From: Ptychomitrium polyphyllum
Taxonomy: Eukaryota
Direction of reading: 5' to 3'
Assembly: GCA_973851085.1 (NCBI GenBank)
Contig: OZ316776.1
Span: 8,370,001 to 8,434,000 of the forward strand
DNA length: 64,000 nucleotides
Part shown: positions 38,647 to 49,808 of the stretch, one piece after another
How positions within the stretch are numbered: position 1 is the first letter of the stretch
Layout of the letters: every line of letters begins with the position of its first letter
Notes under the pieces: generated by a model
Seen by the model: the letters and a program-made list of their open reading frames with translations, nothing else
The model's database searches: none
What the model was told of the DNA's origin: nothing
Position numbers and translations under genes: made by a program

Positions 38647-38718
38647 TTTTATAGTAGAAATTCGGACATGCGGACGACAACATGGAAACTTTTCACGACG
38701 TCAGCTTACACGACGTCA
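38647..38718 (-). promoter_or_regulatory. TATA box plus duplicated TGACGTCG element upstream of the MBL gene, within the divergent MBL/CRIPT interval
   Basis: CTATAAAA on the minus strand at 38654-38647. CACGACGTCA is repeated at 38694-38703 and 38709-38718. The two ATGs are about 360 bp apart, head-to-head. Confidence 0.45.
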
Positions 38719-38947
38719 CTCTCCACATCGCTAAGATGTCATGCCGCGGTATTTGAAACCCGGATATCAATCCAGAAGCTTGCCCTTGAAGCTTACTTCT
38801 TCATCTCGCCTCGACTGACACCTTCTTCAAATCATTTCATGTTTGGGTTGGTAATTCTCATACCATCGTGCGGTTCGTCTCTGATTCCCGCAGCAGCACC
38901 GAGAGGATCTCTCGTTGGGGTCGTGAAACGAGTGTGATTTGGTGACA

Positions 38948-40448
38948 ATGGTGTGCGAAAAATGTAAGTTCATTTTGTTCATATGTGGGGTTTTTGAGGG
39001 TTTCATGGTATAGCGAACGTCTGTTTTGAGTTTCTTGGGATTGGGGGCGGAGTTGGTTTGGGTAGGGGCTTTTTCAGCTAGTTCTCGTGTGTGGGTTATC
39101 ATGTTTTTGTAACTGGGACTTCCATGGTAGTGGACAATGCGCATAGTAGCGGCTTATGGTTTGCTGCTCTGCTTCGAGATGCATGGAAACGGATTTTAGG
39201 GAGCGGTCACCTGTGAAAAGTGAAGAAAGGACCTATAAGTGGACCTTTTGATATAGTGCGTTGGATGCGGTTGATTCACGTTACAGAATTTGTGGCATAG
39301 AGATGCTAGGATTAGTAAGTGCTCTGCGTATCACGGTGGTTTTAGGTCATGTGGTCCGTGTCCTTTTAATTTGCAAGTTTGACCTGGTCGTTTCTAGCAC
39401 TAGTGGCTGGCTCTGAAAGAGACAGAATCCAGATAGAACTCAGGTAGTATGGGGCGCTTTACAGTGATCAGTTGGGAAGTCCAACTCTGATGCACGTTAG
39501 AGAGATTTTTTCTCGCTCCTTTCCATAGACGGACGTTTCGAAACGTTACTTTAGGAATACTCAGCAAATAACGAAATCTTGTGGTGTCAAAAAGAGATTC
39601 TGCACCTTCTTGAGGAAGAAGTAATAAGTTATAATTCACAGAGTCTCGTATCTCTTAATCAAAGAACAGTTGAGGTTTCTTTTATAGGATAGTAACTATC
39701 TTGTGCGACTCTGTTTGGAGGAGAGTTTCAAAGTTACTAGTCAACTGAAAAATACCACTAGTAGGCTGTAAACTGTTGTTCGGTTCTTGTCGTGGTGTGG
39801 AGCACTTGAATTACGGTTCTCCTTTTCATATTGACATAGGCACAAATGTCATGAGCAGGTGAGAAGAAGCTTACGAAAGTGATAGTACCTGACAAGTGGA
39901 AGGAGGGTGCAAGCAATACCACTGAAGGGGGTGGACGGAAGATTAACGAGAACAAGCTGCTCTCCAAGAAGAACAGGTTTGCATTTTGAGTCCATCTTCT
40001 TCCGGCTTCTTGTTGTCGCTCGTTCTGAGATTTCGTGTTCAGTTGTTCAATAGTTCAATTCTTGCGGTATGTGCTCTGAAATTATGATATGTTCTGCATC
40101 TTTGTTGAATCTCTGCAAGTGGCGTTAAGTGTCTTTGGTTGATATTATTTTTGTGGCGTGTTAAGGTTTTCTCCTTATGGGAAATCAAAATGCACCATCT
40201 GCAAGCAGCAGCTTCACCAGGAAGCAAAGTATTGCCAGTCTTGTTCGTACAAGAAAGGTATCAACTTATTGGCCATGCCTTTTCTGGCTTGCAAGTTGTG
40301 GTTTTGAATGAGCCCTCTCATCAACACTATTTGAGGGATGTCTGAATATGTTTCTTGACGTGTCCGGAATCTTATGATTGCAGGTGTATGTGCTATGTGT
40401 GGAAAACAAGTTCTAGACACAAAGTCATACAAGCAAAGTAATGTTTGA
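38948..40448 (+). CDS. CRIPT: Cysteine-rich PDZ-binding protein CRIPT, 4 exons (38948-38963, 39859-39976, 40166-40257, 40384-40448); absent from the ORF track
   Basis: Spliced translation: MVCEKCEKKLTKVIVPDKWKEGASNTTEGGGRKINENKLLSKKNRFSPYGKSKCTICKQQLHQEAKYCQSCSYKKGVCAMCGKQVLDTKSYKQSNV*. Confidence 0.95.
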
Positions 40449-41690
40449 GTCGCTCAGATGGATGCTGAAGAAAAGCAAGGTGCCTTGCTATTGGAGGTTT
40501 ACGGTATTCTTTGTTTTGTCTATGAATGGCGAAGACTTGACAACCTCGATGCTCAATCCAATCGTCCAGTCAAGATTAATCATGTGACAAAGTACTGATA
40601 TGAATGAGCTTCTGAAAGATATTGGAGTTTTCATTGTTGCAGGCAGTGTGGAGTAGCATATTTCACATTGGAGAACCTGTTGTATTTTATTGTAGATGAT
40701 CAACCGGTTTGATACATGAGCATCAATACAGAGGAAGAAGAACTAACTTTACCTTGTTTGTAATATCAGAAGATGGCTGGTGGAAGTAGATTTTGGTAGA
40801 ACTTGCTCATGCCTAGGAGACTGGCTTTGAAGGTAAAATTGTTGGGTTTTGGAAAGGCACAGATTTAAACAGAGAAGGAATTCATGGTGGTTTTTGGTAT
40901 GCAAATTCGTTGCTACTTACATGATATAAACTTGTTTCTGTAATCATTTATTTCTTCCACTTAGTGGACATAACTTTGCAAATAATTTTGAAATTCAACA
41001 ATAGTAACATTAGAATAGTTTGAATTGGGTCAAAGAGCCTCACAACAGATACTTAATCCAACTCCTTACGTTGGAAATCTGTTGTATTATCTTTGTAAAG
41101 GAACAATAAACAATGGTGTTTCTTCACCTGTAGTATATAAACTTAAATCATGGATAAGTCACTACCTAAAACAAGGGTTGATAAAAGCACTTTTTCAGAC
41201 TTCAAAGTACCCTAAAAAGAGTGTCCTAATTACACTCAGGGCACTAAATTAACTTCTAAAAGTATCTTAACTAACACTTGCTTTTTTGTAAATCAACCGT
41301 TGTTCTTCTTGTGAGTCATCTTCCCCTTAGTCATACGCTTATCCAGAATCTAACATTTCAATATTGGAACCAAATACAATCCTTAACGCTGAGATCTCCA
41401 TGACCGGGTCTTCGTAAAGAGATAGAAGTTTGTTTCAGTTATACTCGAAGCAGACTCAACAACATGAGCATGTAACATCATCACCAATGAGAACTGTAGG
41501 CTCAGCGGCAAGCTCAACAGTGTGACAACCCATAGTCACTGTCTTGTCCATCTTCTGGCCATGAGGTGCAGAAACATAGCCATTGTGTAATGTCTTTACA
41601 GCAGCTTCTATAACATCATTCACTGTCCCCAACTGCAAAACATTCTTGTCTGTCTCAAAAGAACTGCCACGATGTTCATCGTCATGACTG

Positions 41691-41809
41691 TCATAACCTA
41701 ACAAGTGATCTTCATAACCTACCATGTGATCTTCATAACCTACCATGTGATCTTCATAACCTACCATGTGATCTTCATAACCTACCATGTGATCTTCATA
41801 ACCTACCAT
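41691..41809. repeat. 21-bp minisatellite (GTGATCTTCATAACCTACCAT) x5 plus a partial copy
   Basis: Exact units start at 41705, 41726, 41747, 41768 and 41789. Confidence 0.97.
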
Positions 41810-44800
41810 GGCTTTAGGAATGTGCTGCATGAATAATCCAGAAATAGACATTGGATACTTATTGGTGGGGCTTGAGGTAGAATCTAGCTTTGGAAAGATT
41901 GTGGTGCTTATGTATTGTAGATATATGGAATTTTTTCATGCCCATGCACTTCAGCTGATGATGGGAATGTTTGATTCTTGGTCACCTTGCACTTGTACTA
42001 AGCCACCGTTGTAAACAACCCTTCATATCATGCTTGCATTTTGTGTACTACTTTAGCAAATAAGATAAGGAAGTTTGGGCTTCAATACAACCTTGTATGA
42101 ATCAATGATTTTGATCCTTTTGACTTTCTGATTCTTTGAAGAATTAATAAGTTGTACACTTTAGAATGACAATGTGCCACCAATACAAGACTGTTTGTTG
42201 TATGATACATGCAAATGAATTAACCATCTAAAGATGAGATATTATTATTTCCATATTGGAACAATAACATAAGGATAAATTTTATTTTTTCAACTTGAAA
42301 TTAACATCAAATTTGATGAAATTTATATTTAAAAGAAGGCTAGAATACTTGATTTTGGTAACATCTTTCATTTTTGCCTTTGATGTGGAATTAATTTCTT
42401 CTTTTATACGTTTTTTCTAGAAAAATTCTAAATTGGATCTTAAATGTTAAATCTAACTTATAAGCTATTCTATTAAAGTATATTATTCCTTACAATAAAT
42501 ACTCCTTTGACTTTTATTTTTCAAGCATATAATAAAATTTATAAAATTTTAAGAAAATAAAACATAAAATAAGTTGATTCTTTTGGCAATAGATTTTTTT
42601 GAACTTAACTATAGAATAAGGTAGTTTTGCAAGTATTAAAAGTCTAATTTTTGAAGTATTCATATTTTCTTCTAATTTCCAAATATCATGAAATAAATTC
42701 ACTACAAACTCAAATGATTAAGCTAAGTGATTGTTGTACATTGTTTTAAAACTATTCAAACATCTTTTTGTTTGTACATCAAATTAAAAATATGAAAATT
42801 TGAAATATACAAAATTAATTAGTGATTAATTAAATTTAGATGGCATGTTTTCTTTTCAATTTACATTGCATAAATCCAAGCCTCTATTAGTGTTGTTAAA
42901 ATATGGAATGTTGTAATGCATTGAAATATTGATGCAAGCTTCATGATTTAAGCAATGGCCTTATTATTTTTATGACAAAATTTTGTATTTATTTATTTAT
43001 CTTCTGATGAACAATTTGCAATATCAACAATAACACAATTCATTCTTATTACATGCATGACCTCCAAGTATACTTTTATATTACAACCTCATAAGTGGAC
43101 ATTCTCAAAATGTATTCAAATATGGAGATTTATCATTTGTTAAGATGTTCCAAAATTTTAATGCATAGAGTAAGATATTTCCTAAAATCTATTTTGTATA
43201 TAAGTGTATTCCAAGGGCAAAATTCAAATGCATGTTTATTCATGTAATTTTATCAAATTTGTAGTATTTAACATGATTCCAACATAAGAAATTTTTTTTC
43301 CACAATATATTTTTTTGTGATATTGTTTCTACTACAACTATGAATTGGTAAACGTTAAAATTACCCATAAGCTGAAAATATAAGTTATGGAAAATAACTC
43401 ACCCTGCTCATATCCAATAAAATAGGAGCTATAGCGAATCTTGTTATACAGGATATAAAACGAGTATTGCAAGGCCTATTGCCGCGCGATCTGGTATCAC
43501 CGCGCACAGGCCCCTTCACCGGGCACATGATTGATCCACGAATACCCGAAATTATCTTACGAAAATTTTACATCTCAAATTCATCAGGTCTACCTAAGAC
43601 GTAGATCCAACGTGTCAATACTAGAGCCGACAATACTGAGCCTGGAGCTTCAAACCCTACTTTTGACCTATACCGACATGATACATAGGTGATTCTGAGG
43701 TGACGCCTTTTTGATACTGTTTTGATACACTGGTTATACTCAGGAGAGGTATCACAAAATTCTGACGTTGTAAACCTGCGGAGCCTCCGTGTGGAGCCTT
43801 CTTCCGGAGCACTGCTGCAGCAGCGCGAAATGCATAGCCGCGTCGCAAGCCTCACAGTCTGCCCACCTTGCTATTCTCCTATTTCATTCTCGTTTCTCTC
43901 TACGGCGACTTAAACCCCGTCGTTTTTGAGCCAGGTATGTGGTTTTTAGGTTTCAGGTTGCTGCCTGAGGTTTGGCCGTTCTGGAGTTTTGAAAGATGGA
44001 GTGGTTGTCAGTTCTTAGAGTTTGTCGTTGGTTTCTCCCTCTCGCTCTCTGCTCTGATTTGCATTCGACATCCCAGGTTGTTGCTCGTGTTTTTCATCTC
44101 TATCTTTTTCTCCTTTCTTCATCTGTTACAGCGGCCCTTGTATTGCGGAGTTGTCCAACAACCATACCTAAGTTGTTGTGAGTCAGATGTCGTTGTGAGT
44201 TGCATTTGAAGGGCGTTGACTCCAACCGGCTATCTGCAAATCGGTGTACCCGAGTTGCTGAGCTTCACGGTATTCTCGCGATGTTTGACTCTGTTTCTTT
44301 CCTTCGCTCACATTGCTTTCGCTTGTTGAAAGAGGTCTAGTGTATCTCAACAATTCGTTTATACTCAGAGACTGCATTCCTTGGTTCTTCGGTGAGTAGT
44401 TGTCTTTAACCACATTAGCCTTGTGAATTGTGGATTTAATTAGGTTTTAGGGTTGTGGTTCGTGGAGCTTTGGCTTGCAAGATTTGGTTTTATCACGAGG
44501 TTTAGGTCTGCGAGTGGACAACTGCTGGAAGCCATTCACGTAGTGTTGGTAGTCTTTGGGGTTTATGCGCATCGTTAATGTCACATTTTGAGATGCAGCT
44601 ATTCCTGCTCCAGTAATTTGTACTTGTTTAGGTTGTGACCGCCTCAGGACTCTCTGTCTCCTACATAGTCAGGGCTGAGGAGGGTTCCAGATTGATTGAC
44701 CAGAATGGCGTCTCTAAGAGAGCCCTTTCAACTCCTGTAAATGCAGTCGTGCTCTTGACACCCTTGATACATCATACAATCGATCTGACAGTCATCCTGT

Positions 44801-45957
44801 CTTATGAGCTTTCTTTTAATCTGGAAATCAGTGAAAAAGGCCAGCTTTCCCAATTCCTAAACAATCGTACTATGTGGACTTGTCCAGTCATTCGTAGAGA
44901 TTGAAACCTAGCTTTTGGGCAACCATTATTGTTGATCTTCTCCTTGTAGTCAATTTGCAATATGATCGGTTACATTTCATTCTCTAATTCTGTCTAGTGG
45001 TTGTTGTGTACTATTGAGGGAGTAGGTTTCATTGAAAAGTTCCAACCCTAAACATGGTTGAATTTCGAATTTGTAGCAATCTTAACTTGGAAAGTTAAAC
45101 AGGGAACGGAATCCGAGAGTCTCTACAGATTTTGAAGCGGACCTGATGCACATGGGTACAAGCTCACATGGTTTTGTCATGTAGTTGCAGGAACGTGATC
45201 GTTGCAAAGGCATGGGAGGACGTCGAGAATCGTGGACTAGAGGAATAATAAGGGTACTAAATTGTTGTGGCGCTCTATTGATCTGAAGGTGAACTCTAAA
45301 TCTTTCGCCATCTGTCATTGTAGCGGCAGTTACTCCATGTATCGCCCATTCCTCGCAGTTTTTCTGTATTTCAGTTTCATTCTCTACTGTTTGGTCTCTG
45401 AGTCTCAAGTTCGGAACTTGTCAGTGTCTGTGGTTTCGACTCCATGTAGTTGTGCAGATCAGAACGCTCGTTATATACATTTCACCATGTTATACTTTAT
45501 TTCAGTTTCAGAAATAAAACTGATTCATATAATCAAATTTTGGTGTTACAATCTTTCTCTATTACCATCTTACCTCTTTAGTATTGTTACTCCACTAGAA
45601 GTGGGTAAGTGGTGAGTTTCTATGTTCGATTTTTCGTGGTGAGCTTGGAGTCCCCAAGAACAATCATATATCAGGGAATGAAGGAGAACGATCTTCATGA
45701 TGGTTTCTGGAGTTAGAAAATGGTTACATCGTACAATCCTATTTCTTACGTTTGTACAGCGCTTTTGGTATCCTTTCTTCCTGCTGGGGGCTAACCGATC
45801 ACTATCTGTGATATGCTTGAGCAGGGCGTGGCTAGTTGACAAAGACGTATGAGGGTGTGGATGTTTTCAGACGATTTACTCCTAATCTTTATTCTCCTGT
45901 TCACGGCGTTTGTGAGCTGTGATCTCTATCCTCAGTGGAAGCCAGACTCACGTTTCA

Positions 45958-47598
45958 ATGCTCTCTCCAAGTTGCCAGTCTGTTCAGCATGGCTCCTTTA
46001 AACTTCCTTTATCGTCACCCCATTTTAGTTGGTCTAGTAATTTAGTCGGGCAGCTGCGTCATAAAGTGGCCGTTACTGTATGTGTCAGAATTTCTCAAGA
46101 GCATCTGGGGATGACTAAAAACAAGGAACGGACGCCTTCACTGAAAGATGTGTGGCGTCCGAAGAGAAATGGAGAACATTTGAAGAAATGTTCTGAGGCA
46201 GCAGAGAGCACTAGTTATGTAAGCGAGGCAGTCCACAAGGATCGGCTATGCAAACAATTGACCTACCTATCCACAAACTCCGCACTTTCTACCTGGAGTG
46301 GGATATCTCTAGCAAATGTGGGTGATAACACAGGATTGTATGACACATCAAAAAAGGATCCCGAAAAGAGTTTACCAAAGAAGCCCTCACAACGGGGCAA
46401 TGACGTTTGGCGTGCTGCGAAACAAAATAGAAGCACAGGCGTGGAAACTGGGACCTTAGGGGGTAAAGTAGATGTTTGGATGGCTGAGAAGCCTATTAGT
46501 CCTGCGGATCATGACAGCTTGTCTTCGTCGTCACCATTGAGTTGTATTGACTTGACCGAGGCTCCTTTGGCTGATGACCTTAGCGTGCCGGCATCATCCC
46601 ACAAGTACACGGAATCAGCGATGAACAGGAAGAGAATCGGTTCTGGAAGGGATGTTTGGAGACCAAGGAGTAACGAAGTTGGTCTGACAATGAACATGAA
46701 ATCTTCAGGCTACCCTAGGAAAGACCGAGACTCAAGAAAGCGGTTGTATCTGGTGGACATCCACGCTTTGTGTTATGAAGGGAGCAAGGTGCAGCCAAAA
46801 AAGGTTGTAGAATGGTTGAAGCTGCTTCTCATGGAAGTTACTCAAGACAATCCTATTATTGCTGTAATGGATGGTGAGAGGGGTAACGAATATAGAAGAA
46901 AATTGTTGCCCAGTTATAAAGCAAAGAGAAATTTCTACAGACCATTGCCCACAGGGAATGAACACTCAAGCGCGGCCAATGACTTACGGAAGGCGTTGCC
47001 TTTGATCCATGGATTCTTAACCCTATGTCATATACCTGTGGTGAAACTGGAGTTTGCGGAAGCAGACGATGTGATAGCTTCTCTTGCAAGTCGAGCCCGA
47101 AACGAGGGCTTTCAGGTGGTAATTGCTTCACCAGACATGGATTTTAAACAGCTTCTAACTCCTGATGTTCATATGCTACTGCCACTCCCTGAACTTAGAC
47201 GGTGGTCGTTCTACACACTGCGGCACTACGTTTCACAGAATACAATTACACCTGATTTAGAGCTTGGATTGAAGTGCATGTTAGGAGACGTTAGTGACAA
47301 TGTTTTTGGCTTGTCAGAAGTCACTCCAGGATTTGGGAGGAAAACAGCATTAAAACTAATGCAGAAGCATGGTTCATTAGAGAAGTTGCTGACAGCATCG
47401 GCTACTCGAACAGTTGGTAGGGAATATATACAGGATGCTCTTATGAAGCATGCAGACTTGCTTCGCAGGAATCTTCAGATTTTAAGTTTACGTACGGATA
47501 TTGATATAGTTTTAGAGGAGCATTGGTGTCGACCACGGTGTCTGTCCAATGATGTCCTGGCTTTAGAGCTTCTAAATGAAAGATTGCAAAATGGGTAA
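45958..47598 (+). CDS. Organellar 5'-3' exonuclease / flap endonuclease (Pol I 5'-nuclease family, OEX2-like), single coding exon
   Basis: LVDIHALCYEG, AVMDGERGNEYRRKLLPSYKAKR, EADDVIASL, IASPDMDFKQL, RWSFYTL and GDVSDNVFG..GFGRKTALKLMQKHGSLEKLL (H3TH). Ser-rich transit-like N-terminus. Confidence 0.92.
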   Translation: MLSPSCQSVQHGSFKLPLSSPHFSWSSNLVGQLRHKVAVTVCVRISQEHLGMTKNKERTPSLKDVWRPKRNGEHLKKCSEAAESTSYVSEAVHKDRLCKQLTYLSTNSALSTWSGISLANVGDNTGLYDTSKKDPEKSLPKKPSQRGNDVWRAAKQNRSTGVETGTLGGKVDVWMAEKPISPADHDSLSSSSPLSCIDLTEAPLADDLSVPASSHKYTESAMNRKRIGSGRDVWRPRSNEVGLTMNMKSSGYPRKDRDSRKRLYLVDIHALCYEGSKVQPKKVVEWLKLLLMEVTQDNPIIAVMDGERGNEYRRKLLPSYKAKRNFYRPLPTGNEHSSAANDLRKALPLIHGFLTLCHIPVVKLEFAEADDVIASLASRARNEGFQVVIASPDMDFKQLLTPDVHMLLPLPELRRWSFYTLRHYVSQNTITPDLELGLKCMLGDVSDNVFGLSEVTPGFGRKTALKLMQKHGSLEKLLTASATRTVGREYIQDALMKHADLLRRNLQILSLRTDIDIVLEEHWCRPRCLSNDVLALELLNERLQNG

Positions 47599-49773
47599 TG
47601 TTAACCTTGCAGGCATAATGCGACTTTTGGAGGGTTTCATGACTTCAGAATTTCAGCTCTTTTTAGAGGAGTGCGTTGTCTTAATAAACACATAGAATGT
47701 ATAATTTTGGTTAAGGATTTTGAGACAAGGAACCTGGAATTTGTTTGTGCATCATATGGAATGTGGTCGTCTGCAGGTTCAAAAACTGTCTGCACTGCAC
47801 ATTGGAGGTACTTGGGCCCAGGATTCAATCTGGCAGTTATGGTAAGGAGCCGGATCGTTTTCGAGATATCCTCGTTCTGCTCCCTGTGTTTTTGTGGAAA
47901 CAAGTGGTAGTTAACTTCATAAATGTTCGTCAGAAACTGATGTTTCATGTCACTACCTTATTACACGACCAGCCAACAGTTGGATATAAATAACAGTTCT
48001 TCAGGGAGCTGCATCGTAAGCTCAATATCTTGAGCACCAACTCTAATTCTATCAGGTTGTTAGAAACTTTAGTATCTTCATTTTGAAAAAAATGAATAGT
48101 TTTACTATCTTAAAAAGCAAGTGGTTACAAATGTTTTCTAATCTGACATGTGCAAGGAAATGTGTGGGCTACCTTTCAGAAGATATGGTGACTGCTGCCA
48201 CAATTTTTACACTTCCAAGAGTACAATGTGAGCGGAACTCAAGCGACTGCGCCACATATGCAGTGCCTTAGAATTGAATCAGCACAAACAACCGAACACA
48301 GAAACTATCTTTTGCAAACAATACGTGGAAGGCAACACGGTGAATTGTTGACTTCTCCAGGTAGGGGCAGTTTCTCAAGTATATTTACTGTATTTTTAAT
48401 CTTTCGCATTAACTGAGTCAGTTCTTCAATTTATTGAGAGAGTGATAGGTTCAGAGTTCATTGTTTTTGAGTAGACACGGTTTAAGCTCTCTGCAAGCCA
48501 TTGAGCTTTATACAATGCACAATGTTGGGAAGGGACTGTTACCCAAAGTCTTGTACATAGGCTACTCTTTCTAGTTACTTTCTTGGAACATACTTGAGTC
48601 CAAGTGAAATTGGTGGAAGAGAAGAGCACTGCTTTGCAATGCAGTACTTCAGGCGGTTTAGTAAGATTTGAAGCATAACTATTTTCGTCTCTATAGTTGA
48701 ACAATTGCTTTTAGAGAAACCCATTCAGAATTTATGATTTCACTGTCTTCCCTCATCTTGTGCAAATCTTATGCTTCGTTCGGCATGACAAGATGGTTTC
48801 CCATTTTCTGGGATGTACAGTTGATTGCATGCTGGTCCTCAAGAGTCGGTGGGATCCATTGATCTGGTCTGATGTCGTGTTGTGTTGTGGCTTTTCAGAC
48901 TGGTCCTAATTCCAACTGCCATATGATCCTCTTTTAATACTGTCTTTATTTGCAGATTTAGAAATTTTGTAAGCTTTGGACCCTGCTTTTCTGCAAAGGT
49001 TCCTGATACAGTACTGGTGTCCACTTTGACATCATGTTTGTATATCAAAATCTGTACAGTGATTTTACCCCTGGAGTTCGTTTTACGAATGATCATACGA
49101 GTGACCTTGAGGCAAATAAAAATGTTTGTTATTAGTAATAAGTAATTTTCAAAGAACTGCATAACGAGAGAGAGATAAAAAACTCTAAAACATATTGTTT
49201 AGATATTAGAGTTATTCGTCGGGTCTTAAAATACACTCTAAAATAGCTCTCCTTTTGGAACACGTAACAAAATCCTATAACAACACGTGAGTAATGCAGG
49301 GATATAAAAACCGAGGAGAATTTTTTTAAGATTATTAAAAATTCATTTTTTGAGGAGTTTTGGGAAGTATGTTTGTGCTCTTGGCGTGATTAAGGAGGTG
49401 AAGTTATTAGTAAGATTTTAATTGAGAAAAGGGCAACAAACTACCATATGAAAAATTATGAAATTACAAAATTTGGAATGTTCGGGCTCACCCCTTTATT
49501 CCAGGTGAGACATAGGCTAGCTGAAGGATGTTTTAGACACTGTGAGCTCTCGTCTCAATGAAATAAGCAAAGCTATCCACTCAAAGTTGGCCTGCATTTC
49601 AGGGTCACCATCCATATTGAGGCTGACATTGGAAATTTGAATGGGCTTGTGGTGTATAGGTGGTGCATTTTGGTTGAATGGGGTGTTGTATTTTAGTTAG
49701 TTTCAGCAATCGTCTTGAATATATTACTTCGTGTCTCATACTCCCTCCCATGTTTTCAACAGATGTGGATTAA

Positions 49774-49808
49774 AAGTCAGCATGTACAACCCGAGTACAT
49801 GCTGACTT
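49774..49808. other. Perfect 14-bp inverted repeat with 7-nt loop
   Basis: AAGTCAGCATGTAC-AACCCGA-GTACATGCTGACTT. Confidence 0.9.

Noticed and set aside
41691..41809. Possible CRISPR array
   Set aside because: Units are contiguous with no unique spacers, and the context is eukaryotic.
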